DNA from: Dicyema japonicum
Taxonomy: Eukaryota > Animalia > Dicyemida
Assembly: GCA_011109175.1 (NCBI GenBank)
Contig: RDEW01000020.1
Coordinates: forward strand, 490,514-554,513
Direction of reading: 5' to 3'
Length of the DNA stretch: 64,000 nt
A program made the translations under genes and the position numbers. This document shows, piece after piece, positions 13,233 through 24,235 of the stretch. The notes under the pieces were generated by a model. That model did no database searches and had not been told where the DNA came from. It was given only the letters and a program-made list of their open reading frames with translations. The number at the start of each line of letters is the position of its first letter. Position 1 is the first letter of the stretch.

Positions 13233-13453
13233 TATAATAATAATAATAACAGCCTTTTTCACGGAGCCGTGGTATTAGCTCCGCATAGGCAGGACACACA
13301 CTTTATTTAAGTAAAGAACAGTTAATTTTAACTAATCGTAGAACCAAGGAATGATCTTCACTTCTTTTTTTTCTTTTTCTTGTGTGAGTGTCCTTTCTAG
13401 ACAATCCAGTTCCGCAGTGAGTATTCACTGATGACGGCGTCACTCGTCAAACC
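13233..13453 (-). mobile_element. SINE 3' part with terminal hairpin and (TTA)n tail
   Basis: 13276-13453 is the reverse complement of 14244-14419; tail CGGAGC..GCTCCG hairpin, then GGCTG(TTA)n. Confidence 0.85.
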
Positions 13454-14133
13454 TCACATGAGAGCCATAATATTGCAAACCAACTCCAAAATTTTCACCT
13501 CTGAGATGGATTAGAGTTTCGGCTCCCCTTACCTTGGGAATATCATCAATCAAATCCTTTTCGCATTAGTACCACCAATGATACTAAGGGAATTGTGGGA
13601 TCTCCCAACACTATCATTTGGCCAGCATAGCGGGTAGAATGTCAGTCACTAAAAATACTCCTTGAGTTCAATTATCCTCCACTAACTACTTGGTCTGAGA
13701 ATTCTTTTTTTCCCTCTGTTCCTTCCCCCAGTCGTTCTGGAATGGTATCATTTGATTCGTACGTTTTAGATGGCCCCCAGTGTCAGGGTGGAACGGCAAA
13801 TATTAGTTGCTCTCCTTCATTCCAATGAACGGGTTCCCAAATCTTAATGGGGTTAATGTTTTTCTCCTTCCTCCGCTTCTGGGTGGAATCGTGTGATGTT
13901 GGAAGGATTATTTGCTTCTTTGGCCTTGAAAACTAAATTTTCGAAGTATCTGGGAGTAATAAATTTAGTGTCTAAGGAAAGGATCTACTTGGAGATACTG
14001 TAAAGTATCAGATAACTTCCTACAAAAGCAACAACGTCTGGTAAATTTAACCCTGAGGCTGTAAAAAATCTACCCCCTGTTGATCACTTAATGGGGAGAC
14101 AAGGATCTTACCATTTGGTGATCACTTCGAAGT

Positions 14134-14419
14134 ATCCGGGTGGCTTAGTGGTTAGGTGTCGGGCTTAAGTGGCTTAGGCTACGAGTTCGAATCTCGCTGC
14201 TGTAAACCTGGTGGAAGGTTCCACGCATCTACGATGCAGAAAGGGTTTGACGAGTGACGCCGTCATCAGTGAATACTCACTGCGGAACTGGATTGTCTAG
14301 AAAGGACACTCACACAAGAAAAAGAAAAAAAGAAGTGAAGATCATTCCTTGGTTCTACGATTAGTTAAAATTAACTGTTCTTTACTTAAATAAAGTGTGT
14401 GTCCTGCCTATGGGAGCTA
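14134..14419 (+). mobile_element. tRNA-derived SINE
   Basis: Pol III A box TGGCTTAGTGG (14141-14151) and B box in the T-arm CGAG-TTCGAAT-CTCG (14182-14196). There is no acceptor stem, and the body is duplicated at 13276-13453. Confidence 0.85.
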
Positions 14420-15140
14420 TAAATATTATGGCTCTCATGTGATGTCAAACATCCGACTTATCTCCATCATATTACAACAGTTTTTAAGAAAGGGTAAATG
14501 GGATTAATAACAGATTAATTGAATAAAATACTTTTTTCCTAAATTATTTATTAGTATAATATATATATATAACTTGGACATCATTTATGGGAATTGGGTC
14601 AACATTTATGGGATTGAGTGAAAATATTTTTAATGAAAAATCACCATGCTTTGAATTAAAGTGTCTCTACAGACTTGACTTTTTATTATGGTTGAATCTT
14701 TCGTGACAAATGAGCTTGATATGATGGCAAAAAATCTCAGTCCATTGAGGATGAAAAAGAAGTTTTCTAGAACACTAGTTTGAAAATATTTTTATTTGAG
14801 ATGTACGTAATCATTTGCGATAATTGAAAGAGCAACAGCTCCTGACCCCTGTACTATACACACCAATTGCCTAAATATGTAATCACAAAAAAAAGGCCGA
14901 GTCATACTTAAAGAATGCAACAATATGGGTGACATTTACTAAGATTGAGCGGCATCAGAAAGCAAATCATCAAATTATCAGAATCATGACTGGCTTGCTT
15001 ACAAATCATCATATGCCTAACAACAAAGACAATTAAACGTGGAATTTTTAATTAAAAAAATGTTATTTAATTTCCGGTTTATTTAATTAAATAAACATTA
15101 AAAATTTTAATGATCTCAGAGCTTCGGCTCATATCTCTTG

Positions 15141-15415
15141 ATTTGCCACGTGCCCGTGTGGTGCTACATGGATAATAGGTTGAAGTTTTCTGCTTGTTTT
15201 GTTTGCTCCTCCCATTTCCTTTCTTACTAGAGTGGCGTCATGTGATCCACCTTGGCGCCCAGTTCCAGTCCGGCACGAAAAAGGATCATTTGCTCTCCCC
15301 CACTCCACTGAAGGGGTTTCCACAACTGCAAATATGGACATCTTTTATCCTTTATGTTGATTCTGGATGGACTCTGTTTCTATATAAGTGGAAACTGGAT
15401 ACACTTAATTAGTTG
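15141..15415 (+). mobile_element. Short non-autonomous retroposon (structured-head family)
   Basis: GTGGTGCTAC upstream motif; GGCGTCA..TGATCC..TGGCGCC..GGATCA pseudoknot; ends in CACTTAATTAGTTG as at 23341. Confidence 0.75.
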
Positions 15416-16750
15416 TTTACTTTAACTTCTTTCTCGGTGTATCCGGGATTAATAAAATAAATCTCTTGTTCGTCTGGAGATATGAGATGAGTAGCTCATG
15501 CAGAGGATGATCTAATATCCTTGCGTCTCTAATGAGAATTCTTTGTTTTTGGATGAAAAGATCTTCTGTAGATATAGGGGAGAATGTTGGCCCGATAATG
15601 GTCTTTACGGCTTTTTGAGTATTTGAATATTTGATGGTCGATGTTATTAAAACAAACAAAGACCAAACCTCACTTGCATAGAGCAACGTCGGCTGGACAA
15701 ACTTTGTAGATCATCTGAAGGCATCCAGCGTCACTTCTGAGAGCCTTGGTAACGACTTTTAATATCATCATCCTCTTCAGTGCGGCCGTTACCCGGTTAT
15801 CCACATGCTTTGCGAAAGAGAGTCCCTGGTCGAGTGTCACTCCAAGTATATTTGGTGTGTAATTGATGGGAATTACTGTGTTATTGAGAGAAATGTTAGG
15901 TTTCAATGAATAGTGCCTCTTTGCACGTTGTAAATAGGGTAGTATAGGATTTTGTAAGAGAAGCTTCAAGACGGAGTTTCTTGAGCCAAGAAGTTAAATT
16001 GTTAAGCATGTTCTGGGCCATCGTGGTAGCAGTTTGGTACTTTTTGTCCTTTGCAGCGATAATGATATCGTCCGCGTATGATAGTAGAAGACAATTTTCG
16101 TAGTGCGGTTTCGGAATGTCATTGATGTACAGGTTGAAAAGAGCTGTCAATAGTGGAGATCCTTGAGGGACTCCATTTGTTTGGAGACGGGATATTGACT
16201 TTATGTTATTGCAAATCACTTGTCCACGTCTATCACATAAGAAGTTGGCAATCCATAGTTTTATGTTTTAGTGGATGCATGTTCGTAAATTTTCTCAGTA
16301 AGGAGTTTTCTTGAGACTGTGTCGAAAGCCTTTTTTATATCAAGGCGCTCAAGAATGTTCGTTGGTGTGGTTTAGTGGAATTGAAACCCTCCACAATGAA
16401 CTGGCGCAGGGACGTTAGATATGTTACTGTGTAGTGTTTAGCCCTGAATCTATATTGGAAAGGAAAGAGCAGGATGTAGTCTTTGATATTTTCAGGAACT
16501 AAGCTTTCGAGTATTTGGGAAAGTGAACATAGAATCGAGATTGGTCTGTAGGAATAGGGGTCATTTTCGGATTTTCCTGGCTTCAAGATCGGTTTGATGT
16601 ATGTTCTCTTCCAGACATCCGGAATAATGTTCATATTTATTGATATTGTGAATATGTAAGCAATTAAATCTAAAGCAAGTGGTCCTAGATGCTTTAGTTC
16701 TGTTGTAGAAATATTGTCAGCATAAGGACTTTGGAGTTAAAGCCTTTGAT
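15416..16750 (-). mobile_element. Ingi/Vingi-like LINE RT region, decayed
   Basis: KPILKPGKS..SYRPISIL, NGVPQGSPL, SYADD, ILGVTLD. Confidence 0.9.
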
Positions 16751-16884
16751 ATTAAACAAGAGATATGAGCCGAAGCCCTGCCATTTTTGAAGGGCAATTC
16801 TGGACGACCGTCCCGGGCGGACCCAGGTCCCAAGTTGTCGGTCTGGATCAAAATTGTATCAAAAGGGGAGATGATTAAAAAGGA

Positions 16885-17090
16885 AGTAGTTGGTCATAAA
16901 TTATTTTACTTCCTTCCAATGGCGTCAATGGATCCACCTTACTGAGAAGACGCCCAATTCCTGGCCGCATCAAGAGGATCAAGCTATTTTTCCTCAAATA
17001 CAATGTCGTACCTGGAGAAAGTTCTGGAACGCTGGAACGAGTCAGGATCAAAGAGTTAGTTTAGGTTACCTTTGGAATTATTTTAATTTA
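16885..17090 (+). mobile_element. Short non-autonomous retroposon (structured-head family)
   Basis: Homologous to the reverse complement of 11036-11240; GGCGTC/GACGCC and GATCC/GGATC stems. Confidence 0.75.
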
Positions 17091-17109
17091 AAGTACGCTA
17101 AAGGCCGAA

Positions 17110-17460
17110 TCTATGCATTTCGAGGACCGCATGTTTGACACCCTGATATACAGGTTCTCTGAGATGCGGTGAGACTACAAGTGACGAGATTAACGATTGA
17201 CTTTCGGACACATTGCAAGACATTGCAATGGGCAAAGAGATGTTTCTTATGTGGAGGACCACATAGTTCCCCGGAGTGCCCAGAACCGAAAATAGAAAAT
17301 CTTGAATCAACTGCGGGTCTGGTGATCACGGAACGAGTTATGGTGTTGTCCGGTGGCCAGGGAAGCCGTGGCCTCCACAGGAAGAGGAACCGAATGTCAT
17401 GGGTTAGGATCATGGAGGAGATGAGAAAATTCCCTCAGTCTTCTAGTGAAAACAAGTAGG
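17110..17460 (+). mobile_element. LINE ORF1 (gag zinc-knuckle) fragment
   Basis: CFLCGGPHSSPEC is a CCHC knuckle. Confidence 0.6.
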
Positions 17461-17699
17461 ACGCAATAATCAAAAATCGACCTCTAAAATACGATATTAT
17501 GAATCCAACAGAGAAAAAGCCAATTGTGGATAAAGAATACCTGGAGGAGAAGCTAAAAAAATCTTGCTGGGAATCTATTCCGGGGGTATCTGAAAGACAA
17601 TCGAAAGAACTTTACATATGTGATTTAACCGTCTAAATCAGGTTTCCCAAAGTGAGCGATATAGAAATTGAACTCGCGATTATGAGAGGTAACTACCAT

Positions 17700-18212
17700 T
17701 ATGTTCTCAATGCCTGAGGGCCATAATAAAGACTTTTTCAAACTTTTCAAAAACAACTTTAATTTATGTTAATACAGCAACTCGTGTGTTTTCTTGAACC
17801 GGTGGAGCCATCCATTTGATGCCTTAAATGATTCATAATTTATTTTTGTAAAATTTTTTGCAATGAGTTTAAAATATAGTTCCTGAAGTTGAAAGGAATT
17901 CATCTCTCAAATGTAGAAAAGTTTCAAAAACTAATCTATCTAGTGTAGACGATTTATCTTGTGTAGAGATTGATTATTTGGATCGCATGATTCCTTGTTG
18001 ATCGCATTCAGTTAATCCCACGTCAAAAAAATAAACCAAATTTTGTTTAATGCGAGAAATAGTACCTGTAAATTAATTAATTATTTAAAAGATACCTTTG
18101 ATCGTTTTATACTTTTTAGCTAGATCTCTTTCTGAAAATTGACCATGTTTTATATCTTTAGAATTTTAATTTTTTTTCATAATTTATCTTTGAACTCTTT
18201 TTTACGAACCAT
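17700..18212 (-). pseudogene. pogo/Tigger-type CENP-B HTH protein with a 30-nt intron, frameshifted
   Basis: KIKILKDIKHGQFSERDLAKKYKTIK|GTISRIKQN...LDRLVFETFLHLRD...FKASNGWLHRF; GT-AG intron at 18066-18095. Confidence 0.75.
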
Positions 18213-18569
18213 ACAATAATAAAAATAAACACGTGAAATAATAGTACTATTTAATAATTAATAAAATAACATTTTGTTAATTAAATAATTAAATATGTGC
18301 CCCAAACCGGGGTCATCAAAAATAAATAATATGTCACAGGCGCTACGCGTTACATAATGCTCAAATTTTCAATTTCAAAGCATTTTTTATAAAAACTTTA
18401 CACATGTTTTTTTTATTTATTATATTTAAAATTAAAAAAATTCTAATTTAAATATTTTTGAAAGGCGCAACAGTTTTTAAATTTTAAATAGCATAATACA
18501 GGCGTGTTTTATAAACTTAAGTTGATAGCTTCATCTTTCGTTAAAACAACCCAGAATAAATTGATATAA

Positions 18570-19030
18570 TGAAATAATGAAGAGAAGGGGATCGTCGATC
18601 TAATGACAAGACAAAAAATACCGATTAACTCAAAAGTCAAAGAATTTTTTATCTATCAATCGGAGGTTATACCTTAAAGACACAAACGGAAACCACAAAA
18701 ATTGTCATCTTCTCTGATAATCATGAAGAGATGGAATTAGTGGCCCCGCAAATTCATCAATTGACCCATTGTGGACACAACACATTTGAACAATATTGCA
18801 ATGAATGATATTTTTTCGTGAAAAGAGAAATTATTTCGGAAAAAGTGGTGTCAGAATGTGACATTCCATGTAAGAGCATTATGTGACTGCTTAAACGTTC
18901 TAAACAAATTCATAGTAGGTCTAATAATCCAAGGAGTCAAGGGATTATCGAACGCTTCAATCAGACAATCACTATCTAAGATGATGCAACAAGATAAGTG
19001 TTAGACTAAAAACATAAAGGAAGCAGTTGA
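18570..19030 (+). pseudogene. Ginger/retroviral-type DDE integrase remnant
   Basis: IHQLTHCG...KREII..VVSEC (HHCC zinc finger) and NNPRSQGIIERFNQTI (catalytic E motif). Confidence 0.75.
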
Positions 19031-19329
19031 AGTGGAATAATGTATGGACCAAATCGCACATATTGACGGGGTCTTCCGTTCGACATCGGAGCGTATCTCC
19101 AACTTCTGGCTTGAGGAATACTCACGGAAGCGGGCCAAACTGGCGGTCAGACTCGGAAAACTTGGAATCACTGCTTTATAGACATTTCTCTCCCTGCATA
19201 TCTCTTGTCGCTAATGGCTTGTAACACCCTTGTCAAGAAAATTCTACACTCCCTTCTTGAATTCTTTCCATACCAGGACGTCGTTCATGATCATTAGGCC
19301 TGGAGCCGTACCTATTAGTTTTCCCAATA

Positions 19330-20410
19330 AGGTTCTAAAGACCTTAGAAAGTGTTGCACAGAAATTGAAGAATTCTTCACAAGAAATGATATGTCTATCC
19401 TAGTGGGTGATCTAAATGCCAAAAACATTGAATATGGATGCCTCAGTACTAACGATGATGAAATCAGACTAAGGAAATTTAGTGATAAAACTGGATTTGA
19501 GATTTTGACACCGGAAAAACCGAATCATTACTCGCACTATGGGGGAGACATGCTTGGGTTATTCCTGGTGTCACCACCACTCTACAATTATGTAGAAAAG
19601 TTGATGATCATGTGGGACATCGGGAGTGATCATATACCCCAAGAGATGTTATTGAACCTAGCTCCAGACTACATGGACTCTGTTTACAGGTTACATACGA
19701 CCTAACAAGAATAAACTGGGAACACTACAGAAGGTACATATCAAGAAACCTCAAAGACTAAAAGGATAAAGATTATTCCCGAAGTGATATCGACATCATA
19801 GACAATGAACTCTATCATGATGGAGACATACTTAATGATTTACGCAAGAAGGAGATCCTCAAGTACTAATCATGGAAAGAGCATCAGTCTTTTGATTTTC
19901 ACATTATCTTTGATCAATGAAAGGAATCGCCTGAGGATAAACTCAGAAGATGTGTGGACTGGATAGACCGGATTGCACTGACCGGACAATTGAAGATAAC
20001 CAAGAAAGCCATTGAAGAAGGAACAAGACTATCTCAAGAACAATGTTTGAGAGTAGAGGCAAGCAAACTAAACACCAAAGACCCCTCGTTCTGGAAGTTC
20101 TACAAAAGAATAACTAGCCAGAAAAAAAAATGACATAAAAATCTCTTTGACCAAGCCATAAGGTGGACTGTGTTCTATGGAAGAAGCTCCAGATATTTTA
20201 AAGAAACAACTGGACCGTATTCAGGGGGTCAACCCGATGGAGTTTATTCCGAGGGAGACGTTAGATTCTTCACGTGAAATTTTAACCTACTGTTTGGACG
20301 ATCTTAAAGATACTGAAATGAAAATAACTACGGATGAAGTCATGACTGCAATTATGAAATGCAAGGCTAACGCTCCTGGACTTGACCATCTAAGCATGAG
20401 ATTGTTCAAT
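19330..20410 (+). mobile_element. Diverged relative of the two-ORF LINE (APE and linker), decayed
   Basis: SILVGDLNAK..YGC, NHYSHYGGDMLGLFL, DIGSDHIPQ, APGLD; collinear with 43458-44800. Confidence 0.85.
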
Positions 20411-20448
20411 TATATTATTCATTTTTATACGCCATTATATTTTCTCGT

Positions 20449-20510
20449 GGCGTCATGTGGTTCACCTTTTGTGGTGGCACTCAGTGTAATAATACACCAA
20501 AAAGAACCAT
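20449..20510 (+). ncRNA. Candidate HDV-like nested pseudoknot in the LINE 5' leader
   Basis: P1 20449-54/20476-81 (G.U first pair, one mismatch), P2 20457-63/20504-10, P3 ACC/GGT, L3 TTTTGT, P4 GTGTA/TACAC, J4/2 CAAAAA. Confidence 0.5.
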
Positions 20511-20580
20511 TTGCTCTTCCCCATCCAGACTCTTTATGCCTGGATGGTATACCTCAACTGGAAACTCGAGATGTTGTTTG

Positions 20581-20631
20581 TTCCCCTTGATTCTATTGCT
20601 TTCTGGAGATATTGAACAAAACCCTGGACCA
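20581..20631 (+). other. 2A-like StopGo peptide
   Basis: FPLILLLSGDIEQNPGP fits D(V/I)ExNPGP and lies immediately before APE motif I. Confidence 0.9.
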
Positions 20632-23600
20632 AAACCCCTTGTTATTATGCAACTCAATGCTAACGGAATAAAAACAAAGATTCTGGAGTTACGATCTTTA
20701 TTAACGAAGCACAAGATTGACATCTGCCTTATCCAGGAGTCAAAACTTTCTACAAACAGTTCAACCCCACTTTTTCCTGGATACATCTCTATCAGAAAAG
20801 ACCGCATTGGACGTGGTGGCGGCTTACTCACAATTATCATAAACGGTCTATCCTTCCACGATGTAAGCTTGCAAGTGGATGATTTAATTTACACAAGACC
20901 GCGGAACAAATTTCTATTGATCTTATTAATGGGTCAGAACATCTTATTCTAATCAACATTTACATTCCACCGCCGGGATCCTGTCCTAATAACTATGCTC
21001 CGAAGCTCGACAAACTACAAGAAATTCTAAATGTGTTACTATGTAGGGATTTCAATGCCAAACATCCGCATGGCTTAGTACTCAGTCGGCAGACAAGAGG
21101 GGGAGTCTAATCATCGACTCTCTCGAAAAAATGGTGATTCTGAATCACCCGAATATGTTCACAAGGACACCTATCCGAAGAAATGACAACCCAGCCTCCC
21201 CCGACATATCCATTGCTTCACCTAGGATTGCCCTGAAGATTTCATGGAACGTCTCCTACGATTTTCATAGTGATCATAATCCAATCATATAAAAACTGAG
21301 CCGATTCAATAACTCGCGTAGAATTAAAGCAACCTTCAAGGTCTACAAGAAAGCTGACTGGTCGAATTTCAAGCTCTTCATTGACAATAACCTAATACAC
21401 TTTGATCCCACCTCATTTTGCTCCATCGACAAAGCAGTGGACCATCTAAACCATGTAATCCTTCAAGCCGAAAAGTTGTTTGTACCACGTGCAGTTTACA
21501 AATCCTACAAGCCTACTCTGGACTCGGAGACTCGTCTCCTCATTAAACAAAGAAACTCCTGAAGATGAATCATCTGCAAACCTCTTCTGATTTGCAAAAT
21601 ATAAAATGCTTAAATCAGAGAATTACAAAGCTCATCAGAGAAAAGAAAGATAGGGCGTGGAAGCGCCTATTATCATCTATTGGACATATGAAATCCACGA
21701 GTCTTTTATGGAAAACTATTCGTCGAATCAAGTTAAACTTATCAGATGAATCAGAATCTTTTTCTGCTCCAAATACTGTGCAAGCTAACAACCTAATGAA
21801 ATATTATGCATCCATAAGCCACAAGGACTTCTCGAAATCCCATTCTTATCACTTTCGGAATTTAGTGCCTAAACCAACTTCATGGATCAATTTATTTACG
21901 CATGCCGAGGTCACATAGGCTATAAGATCGATGAAGAGATCTTTTACGTGTGGACCTGACGGCATTCCGGGAATTTTGTTAAAACACCTTGGTAATGCTG
22001 CAATCAATTCGATTACGTCAATTTTTAATTTGTCTTCTAACATGAACGTCATCCCATGCAAATGGAAGAACTCACTTATAATACCAATCCTTAAACCAGG
22101 AAAACCGAGAACCTCACCTTCTTCCTACCGTCCAATTTCATTAACGTGCGCATTATCGCGCCTAATGGAGAAACTCGTACTCTGGAAAATTAAACCCCAT
22201 TTGCCCGACTGCCACTTTCAACATGGTTTCAAATGTGAGCGTTCAACTACGACACATTTGACTTCACTGTCTCAATTTATATCAGAAGGGTTCAACGTAC
22301 CGAAACGCCATCTACGGACAATAATGGTTTCCCTGGATATCCAGAAGGCGTTTGATTCTGTCTCGAGAATATTACTCACGAAGAAGGTTTTTGACACCAC
22401 CATTCAGTCGGATTTGAAAAGATGGATAGCCAATTTTCTCTCCGGAAGAAGAGGACGTGTCTGTATAGGCCACGCAAGATCGAGGTCCCGTCTCCTACCA
22501 AATGGCGTCCCTCAAGGATCGCCCCTCTCTCCGGCGTTATTCAACTTATTCCTCAACGATTTACCCTGCCCTGGAGGACCAGATTCAATGCTTCTCACTT
22601 ATGCTGACGACCTAATCATCGCTAGCAGGAACAAATACGTGGGTACAGCAAAATCAGAGCTTCAGTCACATATTGACGACCTGGGAGCCTGGTTGAAGTT
22701 GAATCGTCTCTCCATATCCAGGGATAAATCAACGTATACAATCTTCACCACGGACAGAAAAGAAAAACATACACTGGATTTGAACATTTATGGAGACTCC
22801 TTACCACTACAGATTCGTCCAACTATCCTGGGAGTGACATTTGACCCTTTGATGACATTTTCTCAACATGTGAAGAACGTTATGACAAAGGGTCTCAGGA
22901 AACTTAATATAATCAAACCGCTCTTGAAGTCCAGGCCGTCACAGGAATGCGCCCTCGTCGTGTTCAATCAACTCCTAAAACCGACGATTGAGTACGCTTG
23001 TGCCTCATGGGCCTATGGAGCTTCGATATCAAATTCACTCAAGATCAATACCCTAATTGGAAAACTAGCACGTCAAACGAATCTACCCCCGATCTTTTCC
23101 CTCCAATGCTTGACCACGCCGAATCAAAAATAATGGCTCCGACTTCATCTGTCTGTGTGGCCAAGAAACAAGTCGTTTCTTCCATTCAAGGCTAAAGGCT
23201 TCAAATACACGAAATTTGGGGAAAAACCCCACTCCTCTTCAAACCCTAATGAAAGATGATCGTCGTCTATTCAGGAAAGCCGTGGGTACTCTGGAGGAAC
23301 ACAGGAAAAACCTCTCGATCCTGTTGAGGCGTATTGGGATCACTTAATTAGTTGGATTACTCCTTCTTTCTTGGTGTTCCCTTTTCGGGGTTATTAAATA
23401 AATAAATATACGCCATAAATGCCACTTTTCCCAACCAGATATTCAAATTAAATTGACTGGTTATAAATAAATCAATAAGATGACGAAATTTTAATTGCCA
23501 AAAGGCTTAGATTCTTGAATGAGTAATATGTCAATCTTGAAATAATTTCCCCTTTAATCCTGTTCACGTTTAGTTGAACAACAAAGATTCGATCCTTCCA

Positions 23601-23889
23601 TTTGAATTGGTTAGAAACTAGGGTCTGAGAAGCTGATGCCAGAAATTCATTGATCGGGATAAAGATGTTCTCTCGATGGAAGAGAGCTAATGGTTTTTTT
23701 TCATGATGTATTAATTGCATCCTCCAGAACTTTCGCAGCTGGTGAATCGCTTGTCGCCATGTTTTAACATTAATATAATCAATGATTCCTTGCTGTCTAT
23801 TCTTATCTATGGGAGAAAAGTCGATTTGTTCTAGCTCATTACGGAAAAGCTTTAAACTCTTGAACTCCCGTTGATTTCCTCGTCACACA

Positions 23890-24235
23890 ATGTTAAACGC
23901 GACTGTCATGAAACCTATCGAAAATGCCGGGCAACTTGTCTTCTGGAGCCCGTCAACCTTGGCAGAGGTGATGGCAAAAGGTAGGATGGCGTAACAACCA
24001 TGCCATGTGAATTGCTTGAGATTCAACGTGATAAAGCACTTTCTCGAATGATAATTTGATTAAGTCATTATTGCAAGCTGGATCCGCAGAGAGCACTGCC
24101 GAATATATGAAAAAAAGGAAGTATCACGGCATCGTTTACCGGTTATGTTATTGACCCGATCACGTCAGATTTTTTCAGATTTGTCGGTGAAACGAAAAGG
24201 CGAACCTAGAATGTCGCGATGGCTTTTTTAGAACA
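23890..24235 (+). mobile_element. CRE-like 3' fragment, highly decayed
   Basis: EPVNLGRGDGKR motif shared with the other CRE-like copies. Confidence 0.65.

Larger units (their letters stand above)
17667..19327. repeat. ~1.65-kb duplicated unit, copy 1 (CENP-B HTH ORF, integrase remnant and CRE fragment)
   Basis: Closely matches 24236-24986 plus 28031-28960, with the same left boundary ATTGAACTCGCG and right boundary TAGTTTTCCCAA. Confidence 0.92.
20436..23406 (+). mobile_element. Near full-length single-ORF Ingi/Vingi-like LINE (structured leader, 2A, APE, RT) with a few stops and frameshifts
   Basis: TSD TATACGCCAT at 20426-20435 and 23407-23416; QLNANG, IQESK, SDHNP; RT at 21931-23133 with QGSPLSP and YADD; (TAAA)n tail; no RNase H seen. 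Confidence 0.92.

Noticed and set aside
13410-13455. Hammerhead ribozyme (CTGATGA)
   Set aside because: There is no GAAA after a stem II and no stem III/UH site. The CTGATGA at about 62896 fails the same way.
14134-14205. tRNA gene
   Set aside because: A/B boxes and a T-arm are present, but there is no acceptor stem or terminator and the sequence continues into a repeated body, so it is a SINE head.
16805-16875. Twister ribozyme (GGTCCCAAG motif)
   Set aside because: The P4 loop is too long, and the UAA/P1/P2 elements could not be placed.
20481-20840. Minus-strand ORF as the C-terminus of another LINE
   Set aside because: The TSD, the strand bias of G.U pairs and the tails of the short copies all indicate the plus strand is the sense strand. 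This ORF is an antisense shadow, as are most short ORFs in the track that overlap TEs.
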